Origin: Spirochaetota bacterium | Lineage (GTDB): Bacteria; Spirochaetota; UBA4802; UBA5550 | Reading direction: 5' to 3' | Assembly: GCA_024276015.1 (NCBI GenBank) | Contig: JAJRXZ010000004.1 | Coordinates: 20,216 to 84,215, forward strand | DNA length: 64,000 nucleotides | Part shown: one piece after another, positions 32,378 through 40,819 of the stretch | Layout: every line of letters begins with the position of its first letter | How positions within the stretch are numbered: the first letter of the stretch is position 1 | Translations under genes and position numbers: made by a program | Notes under the pieces: generated by a model | The model's database searches: none | What the model was told of the DNA's origin: nothing | Seen by the model: the letters and a program-made list of their open reading frames with translations, nothing else

Positions 32378-32938
32378 TTACCCTTTGATCTTTACCGGAA
32401 TACCGGAAATCATCAGATAAACTTCGTCGGCGCTTTGCGCAACCGTCTGGTTGGACCTGCCTGCAACATCTCTGAAGTATCTGCCCAGCGGTGCTGCAGG
32501 AACAATGCTCATGCCCACTTCATTGGAAACAATTATAGTTTTCCCTTTAAACTTTTTTGCAGATATAATGATATTCTGTATTTCCGATTCTATTATTTTT
32601 TCGGTTTTTTTTGCGGATTCGGAATTTATGTTTTCCTCTTCCATGCCATTCTCAATGATCATGAGGTTTGAGATCATAATGGTTAAGCAGTCTAATAAAA
32701 TATAACCTGTATTTTCATCAGCCTTCGAGATAATAGAAGCGATGTTTTTGTAGGACTCAAATGTCTGCCAGTTACTGTTTCTTCTTGATCTGTGTATTTT
32801 TATTCTCTCTTTCATCTCTTCGTCAAAGGGTATGGCAGTTGCAATATATACGACATTATCATGCGCATTTAACATACTTTCGGCAAAGGTGCTTTTCCCG
32901 CTTCTTGCTCCGCCTGTAATGAATACTATTTTGCCCAT
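32378..32938 (-). CDS. cobU: Adenosylcobinamide kinase / adenosylcobinamide-phosphate guanylyltransferase CobU
   Basis: MGKIVFITGGARSGKS is the P-loop. First gene after the riboswitch. Confidence 0.9.
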   Translation of the reverse strand: MGKIVFITGGARSGKSTFAESMLNAHDNVVYIATAIPFDEEMKERIKIHRSRRNSNWQTFESYKNIASIISKADENTGYILLDCLTIMISNLMIIENGMEEENINSESAKKTEKIIESEIQNIIISAKKFKGKTIIVSNEVGMSIVPAAPLGRYFRDVAGRSNQTVAQSADEVYLMISGIPVKIKG

Positions 32939-32978
32939 TCTGTATTGTTATTGTTCAATTTATAATTTTCCGAATAAT

Positions 32979-33023
32979 AAAAAAATCCCCGAACCTTCAA
33001 CCGGTTCGGGGATTCCCTTTTTT
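32979..33023 (-). terminator. Attenuator terminator of the cobalamin riboswitch expression platform
   Basis: Perfect 11-bp stem ATCCCCGAACC/GGTTCGGGGAT. On the minus-strand transcript it is followed by U7. Lies between the aptamer and the cobU start. Confidence 0.65.
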
Positions 33024-33059
33024 ATCTCCGAAACAAATCCCTTCCCCTTTACACGACGG

Positions 33060-33250
33060 GGCAGGGCTCAATGTACAGGCAGGTCTTCTGGCTTACGGAT
33101 CACTCTACTTGCTGCGCCTTCCCATAAGACTTGATAATGACTTACAGTGGCATTCTGCAGCGTTCGTTCCCGATTACAGCGGCGGGCCCGCACCCGAATT
33201 TCACGGGTTTCACTTTTAATCCCATAATGGGAACCTGTACACTATATTAC
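33060..33250 (-). promoter_or_regulatory. Cobalamin (AdoCbl) riboswitch
   Basis: The minus-strand sequence contains the conserved blocks GTGAAA..CGGG, GCCCGCCGCTGTAA, GCCACTG, GGGAAGGCG and the B12 box GTAAGCCAGAAGACCTGCC (plus-strand 33078-33095). Located upstream of cobU. Confidence 0.92.
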
Positions 33251-33444
33251 ACAGTTATCTGAACATGTGATTTATATCTCTCAATTGTCAATAAAAAATA
33301 TATTTATTTTATGATGTTCCGGTTTCAATGAGAGGGTAGTAGAAGGAATTTGTTCTTTAAAATAATAAAAGAAACTACGTATTAATGCTTATTTACTTGA
33401 TAATAAGAATTATGTAAATTATAATTGCTGTAATATTCAGGTCA

Positions 33445-33552
33445 TTATACCGATCATAATTGAAGATATTATATTAAATGAATCGGTATATGATCTGATC
33501 AGGATTTTACCCTTTGCAAAGGGACAAAATCGATATTTTTTGATATATATAT
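33445..33552 (+). repeat. Conserved leader element, copy 3 (hairpin 1 + palindrome GGATTTTACCCTTTGCAAAGGGACAAAATC + TTTTTTGATATATAT)
   Basis: Read directly from the sequence. Lies 60 nt upstream of the multiheme cytochrome gene start. Confidence 0.7.
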
Positions 33553-33612
33553 GATAAAAGGGATTGATAAATCTAATTGGGTGAAAAATCGGATTTTTGT
33601 CAGGAGTCATTT

Positions 33613-36600
33613 ATGTTAGAGCACCTATCTCCTTATTCCAGACCGCCCCTCTTCATAATGATGTTTCTGTTCTTTGCTTTTCCCAAATGCAGTGATCTGA
33701 GGGATTACCCCGATACGCAAATATCCGAATGTTCCGCTTCCCAGTGCCATCCATCAACGCTGTTAAAGCAGTACCCTCCGGCAAGCGGTAAACATACCCG
33801 GCACTTAAACAGAGGCTTAATATGTGAGAATTGCCATAATGATTATCTCAACAGACCTCAACACAAGAATGGGAAACTGGATCTTTCCGGAGATACAGTT
33901 ATTGTATATTTTGATAAACTGAACGGTTCCACAATATGGGACAATTCATCGGACGCCTGTTCTAATATTGACTGTCACGGCGGAGCTCCTTCTTCCATAA
34001 GCTGGTATGGCGATACAGCCGGTTGTACCGAATGTCATACTGGGGGGAGTACAATTGATCCTGTATCAACCAATGGCGAAAAGGAGAGCGGCAAGCATAT
34101 ATCTCATGTGCAAGATCAGAATATATCATGCAATTCGTGCCATAACGATTATATGTCGAATGCCATGCATATTAATGGAATATACGGCAGGGCCGAAAAG
34201 AACCCTGTTGTTATTTTTGATGCATCCAATCCTTGGGCTCAATGGGATAATGAAAATACTTCATGCAGTCTTATGGATTGCCACGGCACGCTTGACTGGT
34301 ATTCCACAGGATCATATTCGTGCCTGTCATGTCACGCGCCCGGAACGACCTATGATCCCTTAACTATCAATGGTTCCGGGAATTCGGGAAAGCACATAAA
34401 ACATGCAGGCAGCCTCAATTATGATTGTGAAAAATGTCATAAGAATTACGGAGATGCCCCTGAACACAGGAACGGCCTTCTGGATACGGGTGATCCCTCT
34501 GTTATGATGACCTTTTTCGATTCAACAAATCCTGCAGGGCAGTGGATTGGCGATACAGGAGAGGGTAAGGGCATGTGTTCTTCTCTTGCATGCCATGGGA
34601 CATCAGTTCCGGAATGGTACGGGACCGCTTCATGGTCTCTGCCCTCATGTGATACGTGCCACGCTTCTGTAATAAACTCAAGGAGGCAGATTCTTGGAAC
34701 AGGCGGAGATTTTGGGGCTAATCCCGGAATAAAGTCTCATCATATTACCGGCAGTGCAGATCCTTCTGATGAGCAGTGCAAAGTATGCCATGATCTTTCT
34801 TCCCATATGGGCGGAACCGTTATCCTTAATAATGCCGATGACGGTACAGGTATTGTATATGATCCTTCAATTCCTTCAACGCTTGAGGATTTTTGTTTAA
34901 GCTGTCACGATCCAAACGGCGCATCTGTGACTTTTGCATCTGTCGGATCACCGCTGGATCCTTTCGGCGAAAAATCAGGATCGGATCTGCTGGGCATCCC
35001 CCCTTATTCCTATGCAGCAAGGATCAGCGCAAGCTGGCAAAAAAAATACGGCCACGGATCAACTAATACCGATCCTGCGGATTTTCAGAATGTAAATGTA
35101 AAAATGAGAACAACCGGGAGCAGGCTTACATGTATGGGCAGCGGCGCGCCAGGTACCGGATGCCATGGAAGTAACGGAAATATCAATGCTCACGGATCGG
35201 TAAATGAGGTTATTTCAGCGGCACAGTTTGATTATTCGGCAATGTCTCAGATCTATGACGAGTCATGGTTTTCACTCTGTTTTAACTGCCATTCTTCTTA
35301 TCCCGGCGTTACAAAAGAGGATATTCTCGGCGTAAAAGAAGACGGAATTCTCGATATGAGATACGGCAATATGAAAAGCAGGCCCGGAGATGCCAATAAG
35401 GAATTTAATCCTCCTTATTATATTTCACGCGTTGTAACTCACTTTGCAGATCACAATGCAGGGTCGATTTATCTTGGAGGAATGCCTCAGGGCATAATTA
35501 ATGCAGGCGGTTATATATGGGTGGGATTGACCTATGACGATAAAGTATTAAAATTAGATAAATCCACAGGAGAGATATTAGCGGTAATAGCGGCTGATTC
35601 AAGTCCCGGTGTGGTGAACGGCTTTGCCTATGACAGTGACAATAATTATGTATGGGTTACAAATCAGGGCAGCAGCAGCATCGTCACTAAAATAAAAGCG
35701 GATGATAACAGTGTTACAAATGTTGCAATAGCTCAATCCGGGCAGTATAGCATTATATATGCCAATGCCTCAATATGGCTTACTGCAAACGGCAGGCTTC
35801 TGCAGTTAGATCCCGCAACAAACAGTACTTTAAACACTTATGATTTTTCGCCGAAAAGTCTCATGGGTATGGCTTACGACGGACAGTATATCTGGCTGGC
35901 CAGCGGCAATGAGGTCATGAAAATAGATCCTCTCGACGGATTAACTGTTAATACTGTTTCGGTTGGATCGAGTCCTTATTCCGTAAGATACTATGACGGA
36001 TATATATGGGTTGCAAACACAGGAGGCGGATCTATCACAAAAATTGATCCCTCATCCGATTCCGTGCTGGCTGATATTTATGCGGGCGATCATCCCATAG
36101 ATATGACCTATGACGGCCAGTATTTATGGGTAGCTCTCAACAGTTATAACGGCGTGTCCAAAATTGATATTTCTTCCGATACGGTGATTGACACATATCA
36201 GATGAACGGCAGATCTCTTGGTGTTGCTTATGACAACTCAGGACATATTATGACAACCGATATTGACAATTATTCTTTAACAAAACTGAATATATCGACC
36301 GGTCTGATGGATGGCGACGCTTACGGGATCAATGATTCGCCTGTGCATCTGACAGCTACTAAAAACAGTATGAACCTTCACTGGTACCACATGAGGTTTT
36401 ATACGAATTTCAGAGGCAACGAGATCCCTGCTCCTGATACGGGTGCGGGTGAATATTTCAAAAGAGGAGAACTTTGCGATAATTGCCACAGAATATTTGA
36501 ATTCGGCAAAAACTTATCCTGCGTTAACTGCCACGATGTACACGGCTCCGATAATCCGAACGGTGCGGTTTACGACGAGATCGGATATGCGAGAGTGGAC

Positions 36601-36765
36601 GGCTTCTGGGGGTCTTACGGGAAGCTGCCGGATCTGATCCCCGATCTTGATCAGTATCCCGCATATTGCGCATATAACTGCCACAATGCGGATCAGTATC
36701 TCCATCAAGACAAGATGGATTTAAAACCGCCTAACAAGGCATGGTTTGATCCTATTACCGAGTGA
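33613..36765 (+). CDS. Secreted multiheme c-type cytochrome (Geobacter-type CX4CH...CXXCH repeat domains) fused to a YVTN/NHL-like beta-propeller repeat region
   Basis: At least 11 CxxCH motifs, plus 4 CX4CH (for example CSNIDCH, CSLMDCH) and one CX3CH, arranged in a ~90-aa repeat. Central beta-propeller-like repeats (YIWVANTGGGSITKIDPSSDSV…). Start chosen at the ATG at 33613, which follows an AGGAG RBS and precedes a signal peptide. Confidence 0.8.
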   Translation: MLEHLSPYSRPPLFIMMFLFFAFPKCSDLRDYPDTQISECSASQCHPSTLLKQYPPASGKHTRHLNRGLICENCHNDYLNRPQHKNGKLDLSGDTVIVYFDKLNGSTIWDNSSDACSNIDCHGGAPSSISWYGDTAGCTECHTGGSTIDPVSTNGEKESGKHISHVQDQNISCNSCHNDYMSNAMHINGIYGRAEKNPVVIFDASNPWAQWDNENTSCSLMDCHGTLDWYSTGSYSCLSCHAPGTTYDPLTINGSGNSGKHIKHAGSLNYDCEKCHKNYGDAPEHRNGLLDTGDPSVMMTFFDSTNPAGQWIGDTGEGKGMCSSLACHGTSVPEWYGTASWSLPSCDTCHASVINSRRQILGTGGDFGANPGIKSHHITGSADPSDEQCKVCHDLSSHMGGTVILNNADDGTGIVYDPSIPSTLEDFCLSCHDPNGASVTFASVGSPLDPFGEKSGSDLLGIPPYSYAARISASWQKKYGHGSTNTDPADFQNVNVKMRTTGSRLTCMGSGAPGTGCHGSNGNINAHGSVNEVISAAQFDYSAMSQIYDESWFSLCFNCHSSYPGVTKEDILGVKEDGILDMRYGNMKSRPGDANKEFNPPYYISRVVTHFADHNAGSIYLGGMPQGIINAGGYIWVGLTYDDKVLKLDKSTGEILAVIAADSSPGVVNGFAYDSDNNYVWVTNQGSSSIVTKIKADDNSVTNVAIAQSGQYSIIYANASIWLTANGRLLQLDPATNSTLNTYDFSPKSLMGMAYDGQYIWLASGNEVMKIDPLDGLTVNTVSVGSSPYSVRYYDGYIWVANTGGGSITKIDPSSDSVLADIYAGDHPIDMTYDGQYLWVALNSYNGVSKIDISSDTVIDTYQMNGRSLGVAYDNSGHIMTTDIDNYSLTKLNISTGLMDGDAYGINDSPVHLTATKNSMNLHWYHMRFYTNFRGNEIPAPDTGAGEYFKRGELCDNCHRIFEFGKNLSCVNCHDVHGSDNPNGAVYDEIGYARVDGFWGSYGKLPDLIPDLDQYPAYCAYNCHNADQYLHQDKMDLKPPNKAWFDPITE

Positions 36766-37840
36766 CGAACCTTCTTGTTGCTTCTTCTATTTCAGCGGTT
36801 TTATTCTTAACCATCCGGATCAGAAGGTCTTTCACTTTGACTCTCTCCTTGTGATTTCTGTCCAGTTTCTGTTCCAAGTCCTCAAGAATTTTTTTCAAAT
36901 TTCCGGAAGCCATGAGCTTTTTTCGCAAAAGAAAGGATTTGCTTTTATTATACTGCTGTGTTTCGTATGTAAGGTAAGCATTATACTGGCTTACAATGCA
37001 GAGTATATCCTTATAAAATCCGCTCAGCTTGTTAAAGAATCCTGAGAACGCTTTAACCAGATCTTTTTCGTTCTTAACGTCGGAATAAGTTCCTCCTGAC
37101 GAAGAAGCGATCTGTGACAATTGCCTTCTTGTTCTTCTGTCAACTCCAAGGCCTATGACAAAAACATCGGGATTTATAAGGCTTACTTTCAGGTCAATAA
37201 TTGCTTTTACAGGATTCCCTCCGCAGCTCTCCATTCCGTCGCTTATCAGGATGAGTGTGTTATTTTCATTTTCAATTCCTTTGAAGTATTCGTATGATCT
37301 GTTAAGGGTCATTGCAATGGGCGTAAGCCCTCCGGGTCTAATTGCGTCGATTTTACTATTGATTCTGCTTCTGTTGGATTTTCCTATAGGTGCAATTAAT
37401 TCGATGCTGTCCTCTCCGCAGGATGCTTTTCCATAAAGGACGAATCCGAGTCTGATAGATTGAGGCAGGGAGTCTATATATTTTTTCAGGATTTTTTTTG
37501 CAAGTCCCATTCTTGTGCCGCTTCCCAGCGCGGTTTTCATGCTTCCGGAACCGTCGAGGATCAATAAAATATTGTGCGGTTTTGCAAGCTTCAGCAAATC
37601 TGTTTTTATCATGCCGCACTTTCCGCCTCTGTTGCTTTTGACAAGAGCTTCGTTTAATCTGTGGTTATATCCGGTCCGGATCTCAAGGTCGTCAGGAAAA
37701 CCGTCATGGTCAATATCTCTGGTGAATGGAAGGTCTTTGCTGTGAGCTGCTTGGCAGAAAAATATTAACGCTATAACAAAAGTAAGTTTTAGATTTTTTC
37801 TATTTTTCATAATTGCTCCTCCAATTAACAATTTTAACAA
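36755..37840 (-). CDS. von Willebrand factor type A (VWA) domain secreted protein with C-terminal coiled coil
   Basis: Signal peptide. VWA MIDAS-like motif DGSGSM. Confidence 0.78.
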   Translation of the reverse strand: MLKLLIGGAIMKNRKNLKLTFVIALIFFCQAAHSKDLPFTRDIDHDGFPDDLEIRTGYNHRLNEALVKSNRGGKCGMIKTDLLKLAKPHNILLILDGSGSMKTALGSGTRMGLAKKILKKYIDSLPQSIRLGFVLYGKASCGEDSIELIAPIGKSNRSRINSKIDAIRPGGLTPIAMTLNRSYEYFKGIENENNTLILISDGMESCGGNPVKAIIDLKVSLINPDVFVIGLGVDRRTRRQLSQIASSSGGTYSDVKNEKDLVKAFSGFFNKLSGFYKDILCIVSQYNAYLTYETQQYNKSKSFLLRKKLMASGNLKKILEDLEQKLDRNHKERVKVKDLLIRMVKNKTAEIEEATRRFVTR

Positions 37841-38099
37841 TTGCGTTTATTTATTATAACATATAAAAAAATATATCCGGCACTAAAAAAGAAAATAGAT
37901 CTATATTTTTATTCAAAGATAATATTTAAGAATATTTTATTCAATTAAATTTTAAATTAGTATGCATTATTTAAAACAATAAAAAAGAATTGAAAAATTA
38001 AACAATTTGAGAAATGTGGATTATTAAGATAGAAAGTCATATACTTCCTGTCAAATGTGCCCGAGATCCGGTACAATCATTTTATTTCTTTTATTCAAT

Positions 38100-39512
38100 A
38101 TGGCTAAACAAAACAGAGCTCTTCTGGTTGAAGGCAAAATAGGCAAAACTCTTTTTTATATGTCACTGCCCATGATTGTTGGAATTATAGGCATGGTATT
38201 ATTTAATCTTGTTGATACATATTTTGTGGGACGTCTCGGTGCGGATGAACTTGCTGCAATCAGTTTTACATTTCCAGTGATTTTTTTGATCGGCAGTATT
38301 ACAATGGGACTGGGAATAGGAACATCGTCGGTAATATCCAGGGCTATCGGCGAAGGGAATAACTATAAGGTTCAGCGTTTGACAACAGATTCAATAATTC
38401 TTTCAATTATTCTATCGGCAATATTTCTTCTGGCCGGTCTGTTAACCATCAGGCCGCTTTTCAGGCTGATGGGAGCAACTTCTGAAGTTTTGCCGCTGAT
38501 TGAAGAGTATATGTCTATATGGTATCTTGGTATGCCCTTTGTAATTATTCCAATGGTAGGGAATAATGCCATCAGGGCAACCGGGGATACTAAGACTCCC
38601 GCATTAATAATGTTTACAGCAATTGTTGTAAATATTACTCTCGATCCTCTGCTGATATTCGGGCCGGGCCCTTTCCCGAGGCTGGAACTGAAAGGAGCCG
38701 CTATAGCAACGGTTATTGCAAGAGCCGTAACCATGATAGTTGCATTTTATGTACTCTATAGAAGGGATAAAATGGTTACCTTTGCAAAACCTGAAATAAA
38801 GGATGTTATGGGCTCATGGAAAAAGATATTGTATATAGGTCTCCCCGCAGCCGGTACAAATCTTATAATACCTCTTTCGATCGGTATTATTACCCGTCTC
38901 ATATCGCAGTATGGAAAAAATGCTGTGGCTGCCTTTGGAGTAGGATCAAAGGTTGAGATGTTTGCAATGGCTGTTATTATGGCTCTCTCTTCTGTTCTTG
39001 CTCCCTTTGTGGGTCAGAACTGGGGCGCTGAAAAGATCGGAAGGATCAACAGGGGGATTCGCATAAGTCAGTTTTTTTCTTTGATCTGGGGGGTGGCGCT
39101 TTTTTTTCTTTTTCTGTTTATGTCGGACCGGATAGCCGGTATTTTTAATGACAATGTTGAAATTGTAAATTTAACGTCGCTCTATTTGATCATTCTCTCT
39201 GTCAGCTACGGATTTCAGGGTGTCCTGAGATTGTCAGGATCTGCATTGAATGCGCTGAATAAACCTCTGCCCTCTGCGGCGCTGTCCATTCTGCAGATGT
39301 TTGTACTTTATATCCCTCTGGCTTTGATCGGATCAAAGATGACAGGTATTAAAGGTATTTTCGCAGCAGGGGCAATTGCAAATATTGCTGCCGGGAGCGC
39401 TGCATTTTTGCTGTTAAGGCGTTTCACCACTTCAAACGGGGCGGGTGATAGGGGTGCAGATGTGATCTCTGAAGCCGATATTTTCGGCCGGAAATCGGAC
39501 GATCTTTTATAA
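38100..39512 (+). CDS. MATE family efflux transporter
   Basis: 12-TM protein. N-terminus (MAKQNRALLVEGKIGKTLFYMSLPMIVG) is typical of MATE/NorM. The first ATG at 38055 adds an implausible leader. Confidence 0.88.
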   Translation: MAKQNRALLVEGKIGKTLFYMSLPMIVGIIGMVLFNLVDTYFVGRLGADELAAISFTFPVIFLIGSITMGLGIGTSSVISRAIGEGNNYKVQRLTTDSIILSIILSAIFLLAGLLTIRPLFRLMGATSEVLPLIEEYMSIWYLGMPFVIIPMVGNNAIRATGDTKTPALIMFTAIVVNITLDPLLIFGPGPFPRLELKGAAIATVIARAVTMIVAFYVLYRRDKMVTFAKPEIKDVMGSWKKILYIGLPAAGTNLIIPLSIGIITRLISQYGKNAVAAFGVGSKVEMFAMAVIMALSSVLAPFVGQNWGAEKIGRINRGIRISQFFSLIWGVALFFLFLFMSDRIAGIFNDNVEIVNLTSLYLIILSVSYGFQGVLRLSGSALNALNKPLPSAALSILQMFVLYIPLALIGSKMTGIKGIFAAGAIANIAAGSAAFLLLRRFTTSNGAGDRGADVISEADIFGRKSDDLL

Positions 39513-40199
39513 TGCCTGCCCCTTCTTAATATGAGATATCTTTATTCTTATATTCTTTGCCCGGAACGTGATCAATTTGCTGTTTTTTATTTTCAGCAGG
39601 TCATATTCCAAAAATGTTCCGTGTCTGCTTTTCTCAGGAATAATTACGCGTAATTTCGATGTGGTGTGGATCCTTCCGATACCTTTACATACATGACACT
39701 GTGAATCCCTGCCGTAACAGATGGGGCAGTGCATTCTCGCAGGCAGTTCGATAAAGGCAATTGCCCCTGTCTGAGCTTCCTCCTCGGTAATTAATATTTC
39801 AATATCCTGTCCGATATTATTGAGTATTTCATCTCTTTTCATTTTTTTCCTGAGCAGCCGAGCCTTGAGCATTCTCTTTAATGATGTTGAGTATTTTATT
39901 CTGCTGCCCGGTATTACAGGCAGTATTTCTTTTTTGCTGTTTACCATTATTTTTTTAAATAGCTGGTTGTCATATTCCTCTCTCGAATTACTGTCGGAAA
40001 GAATTCTGTGGCCTGTTATTAAAGATTCGATCAGTTCAATAGCATTATCCGGGCTTTCTTCGGAAGTGTCAGGGTGATAACGTTTAATGAGAGTTCTGAA
40101 GGCAGAATTTATTTCATCTTTTCCCGCGTTATAGGGTACATTTAAAATGCTGTAATAATCTATGAGATTACCGTTTCTGTCGCAGAATTTATTATCCAT
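39507..40199 (-). CDS. J-domain (DnaJ-like) protein with a single CxxCxGxG zinc-finger motif
   Basis: J-domain (DYYSILNV…RYHPD). CPICYGRDSQCHVCKGIG motif. Confidence 0.7.
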   Translation of the reverse strand: MDNKFCDRNGNLIDYYSILNVPYNAGKDEINSAFRTLIKRYHPDTSEESPDNAIELIESLITGHRILSDSNSREEYDNQLFKKIMVNSKKEILPVIPGSRIKYSTSLKRMLKARLLRKKMKRDEILNNIGQDIEILITEEEAQTGAIAFIELPARMHCPICYGRDSQCHVCKGIGRIHTTSKLRVIIPEKSRHGTFLEYDLLKIKNSKLITFRAKNIRIKISHIKKGQAL

Positions 40200-40204
40200 A
40201 GTAA

Positions 40205-40606
40205 TCAATATAATGTAATGTAAGGTTTTAGTAAACAGCAAAAAAAGTATAATTTAATATTTTCGTCTGGAATATATTGGGTCATGCATATTACACGGTG
40301 GGCAACTTCAAAATAGTCGCCCGAACCTCCCATTACAAGAATTGACGATATTCCCAAATCGGTATAGAGCTGTTTGATTTTATCTATACTGCTTTTTGAA
40401 GAGAATGTCTCTTCGGGGAATTTAGACAGTTTCTGTGAAACTCTGACTCTGATCCGGCTGGGAGTTGCAAAGGGGTCCCCCTGAACATGGTCAATATACA
40501 GTGTAAAGAATTCATCACGGTAAGTATCTTTAATGTTTTTGTATGCTTTATAGCTGCGGTTATTAATTTTTAATATTGTTGATTTTAATTCGTCAAAGCG
40601 TTTCAT
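40205..40606 (-). CDS. Hypothetical protein (133 aa), possibly a fragment
   Basis: ORF 5 nt upstream of the J-domain gene. Contains …IDHVQGDPFATPSRIRVRV…, which I recall weakly from a predicted ABC-class ATPase family of ~550 aa. If correct, this is a truncated gene. Confidence 0.3.
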   Translation of the reverse strand: MKRFDELKSTILKINNRSYKAYKNIKDTYRDEFFTLYIDHVQGDPFATPSRIRVRVSQKLSKFPEETFSSKSSIDKIKQLYTDLGISSILVMGGSGDYFEVAHRVICMTQYIPDENIKLYFFCCLLKPYITLY

Positions 40607-40819
40607 ACTTTGTCATTGATAGCTGATTTTTTGATCATCAATCGAAATATATTATTAAAGAACATAATAGTTATTTAAGCAAGGAATAATTATAAAATTA
40701 AATGGTTGACCATAGAAAAATTATATATATTATGAGAATGTCTATATTTTTAAAGCCGCAGATTGATCTGAAATCAATTGTTAATGCAGTTGGCAACATT
40801 TTAAAGGGAAAGTAATATA

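Noticed and set aside
33445-33552. Sigma-54 (-24/-12) promoter reading of the GG…TTGC in the element palindrome
   Set aside because: Spacing between GG and GC is 13 nt instead of the 11 nt of the TGGCAC-N5-TTGC consensus, and no TGGCAC is present.
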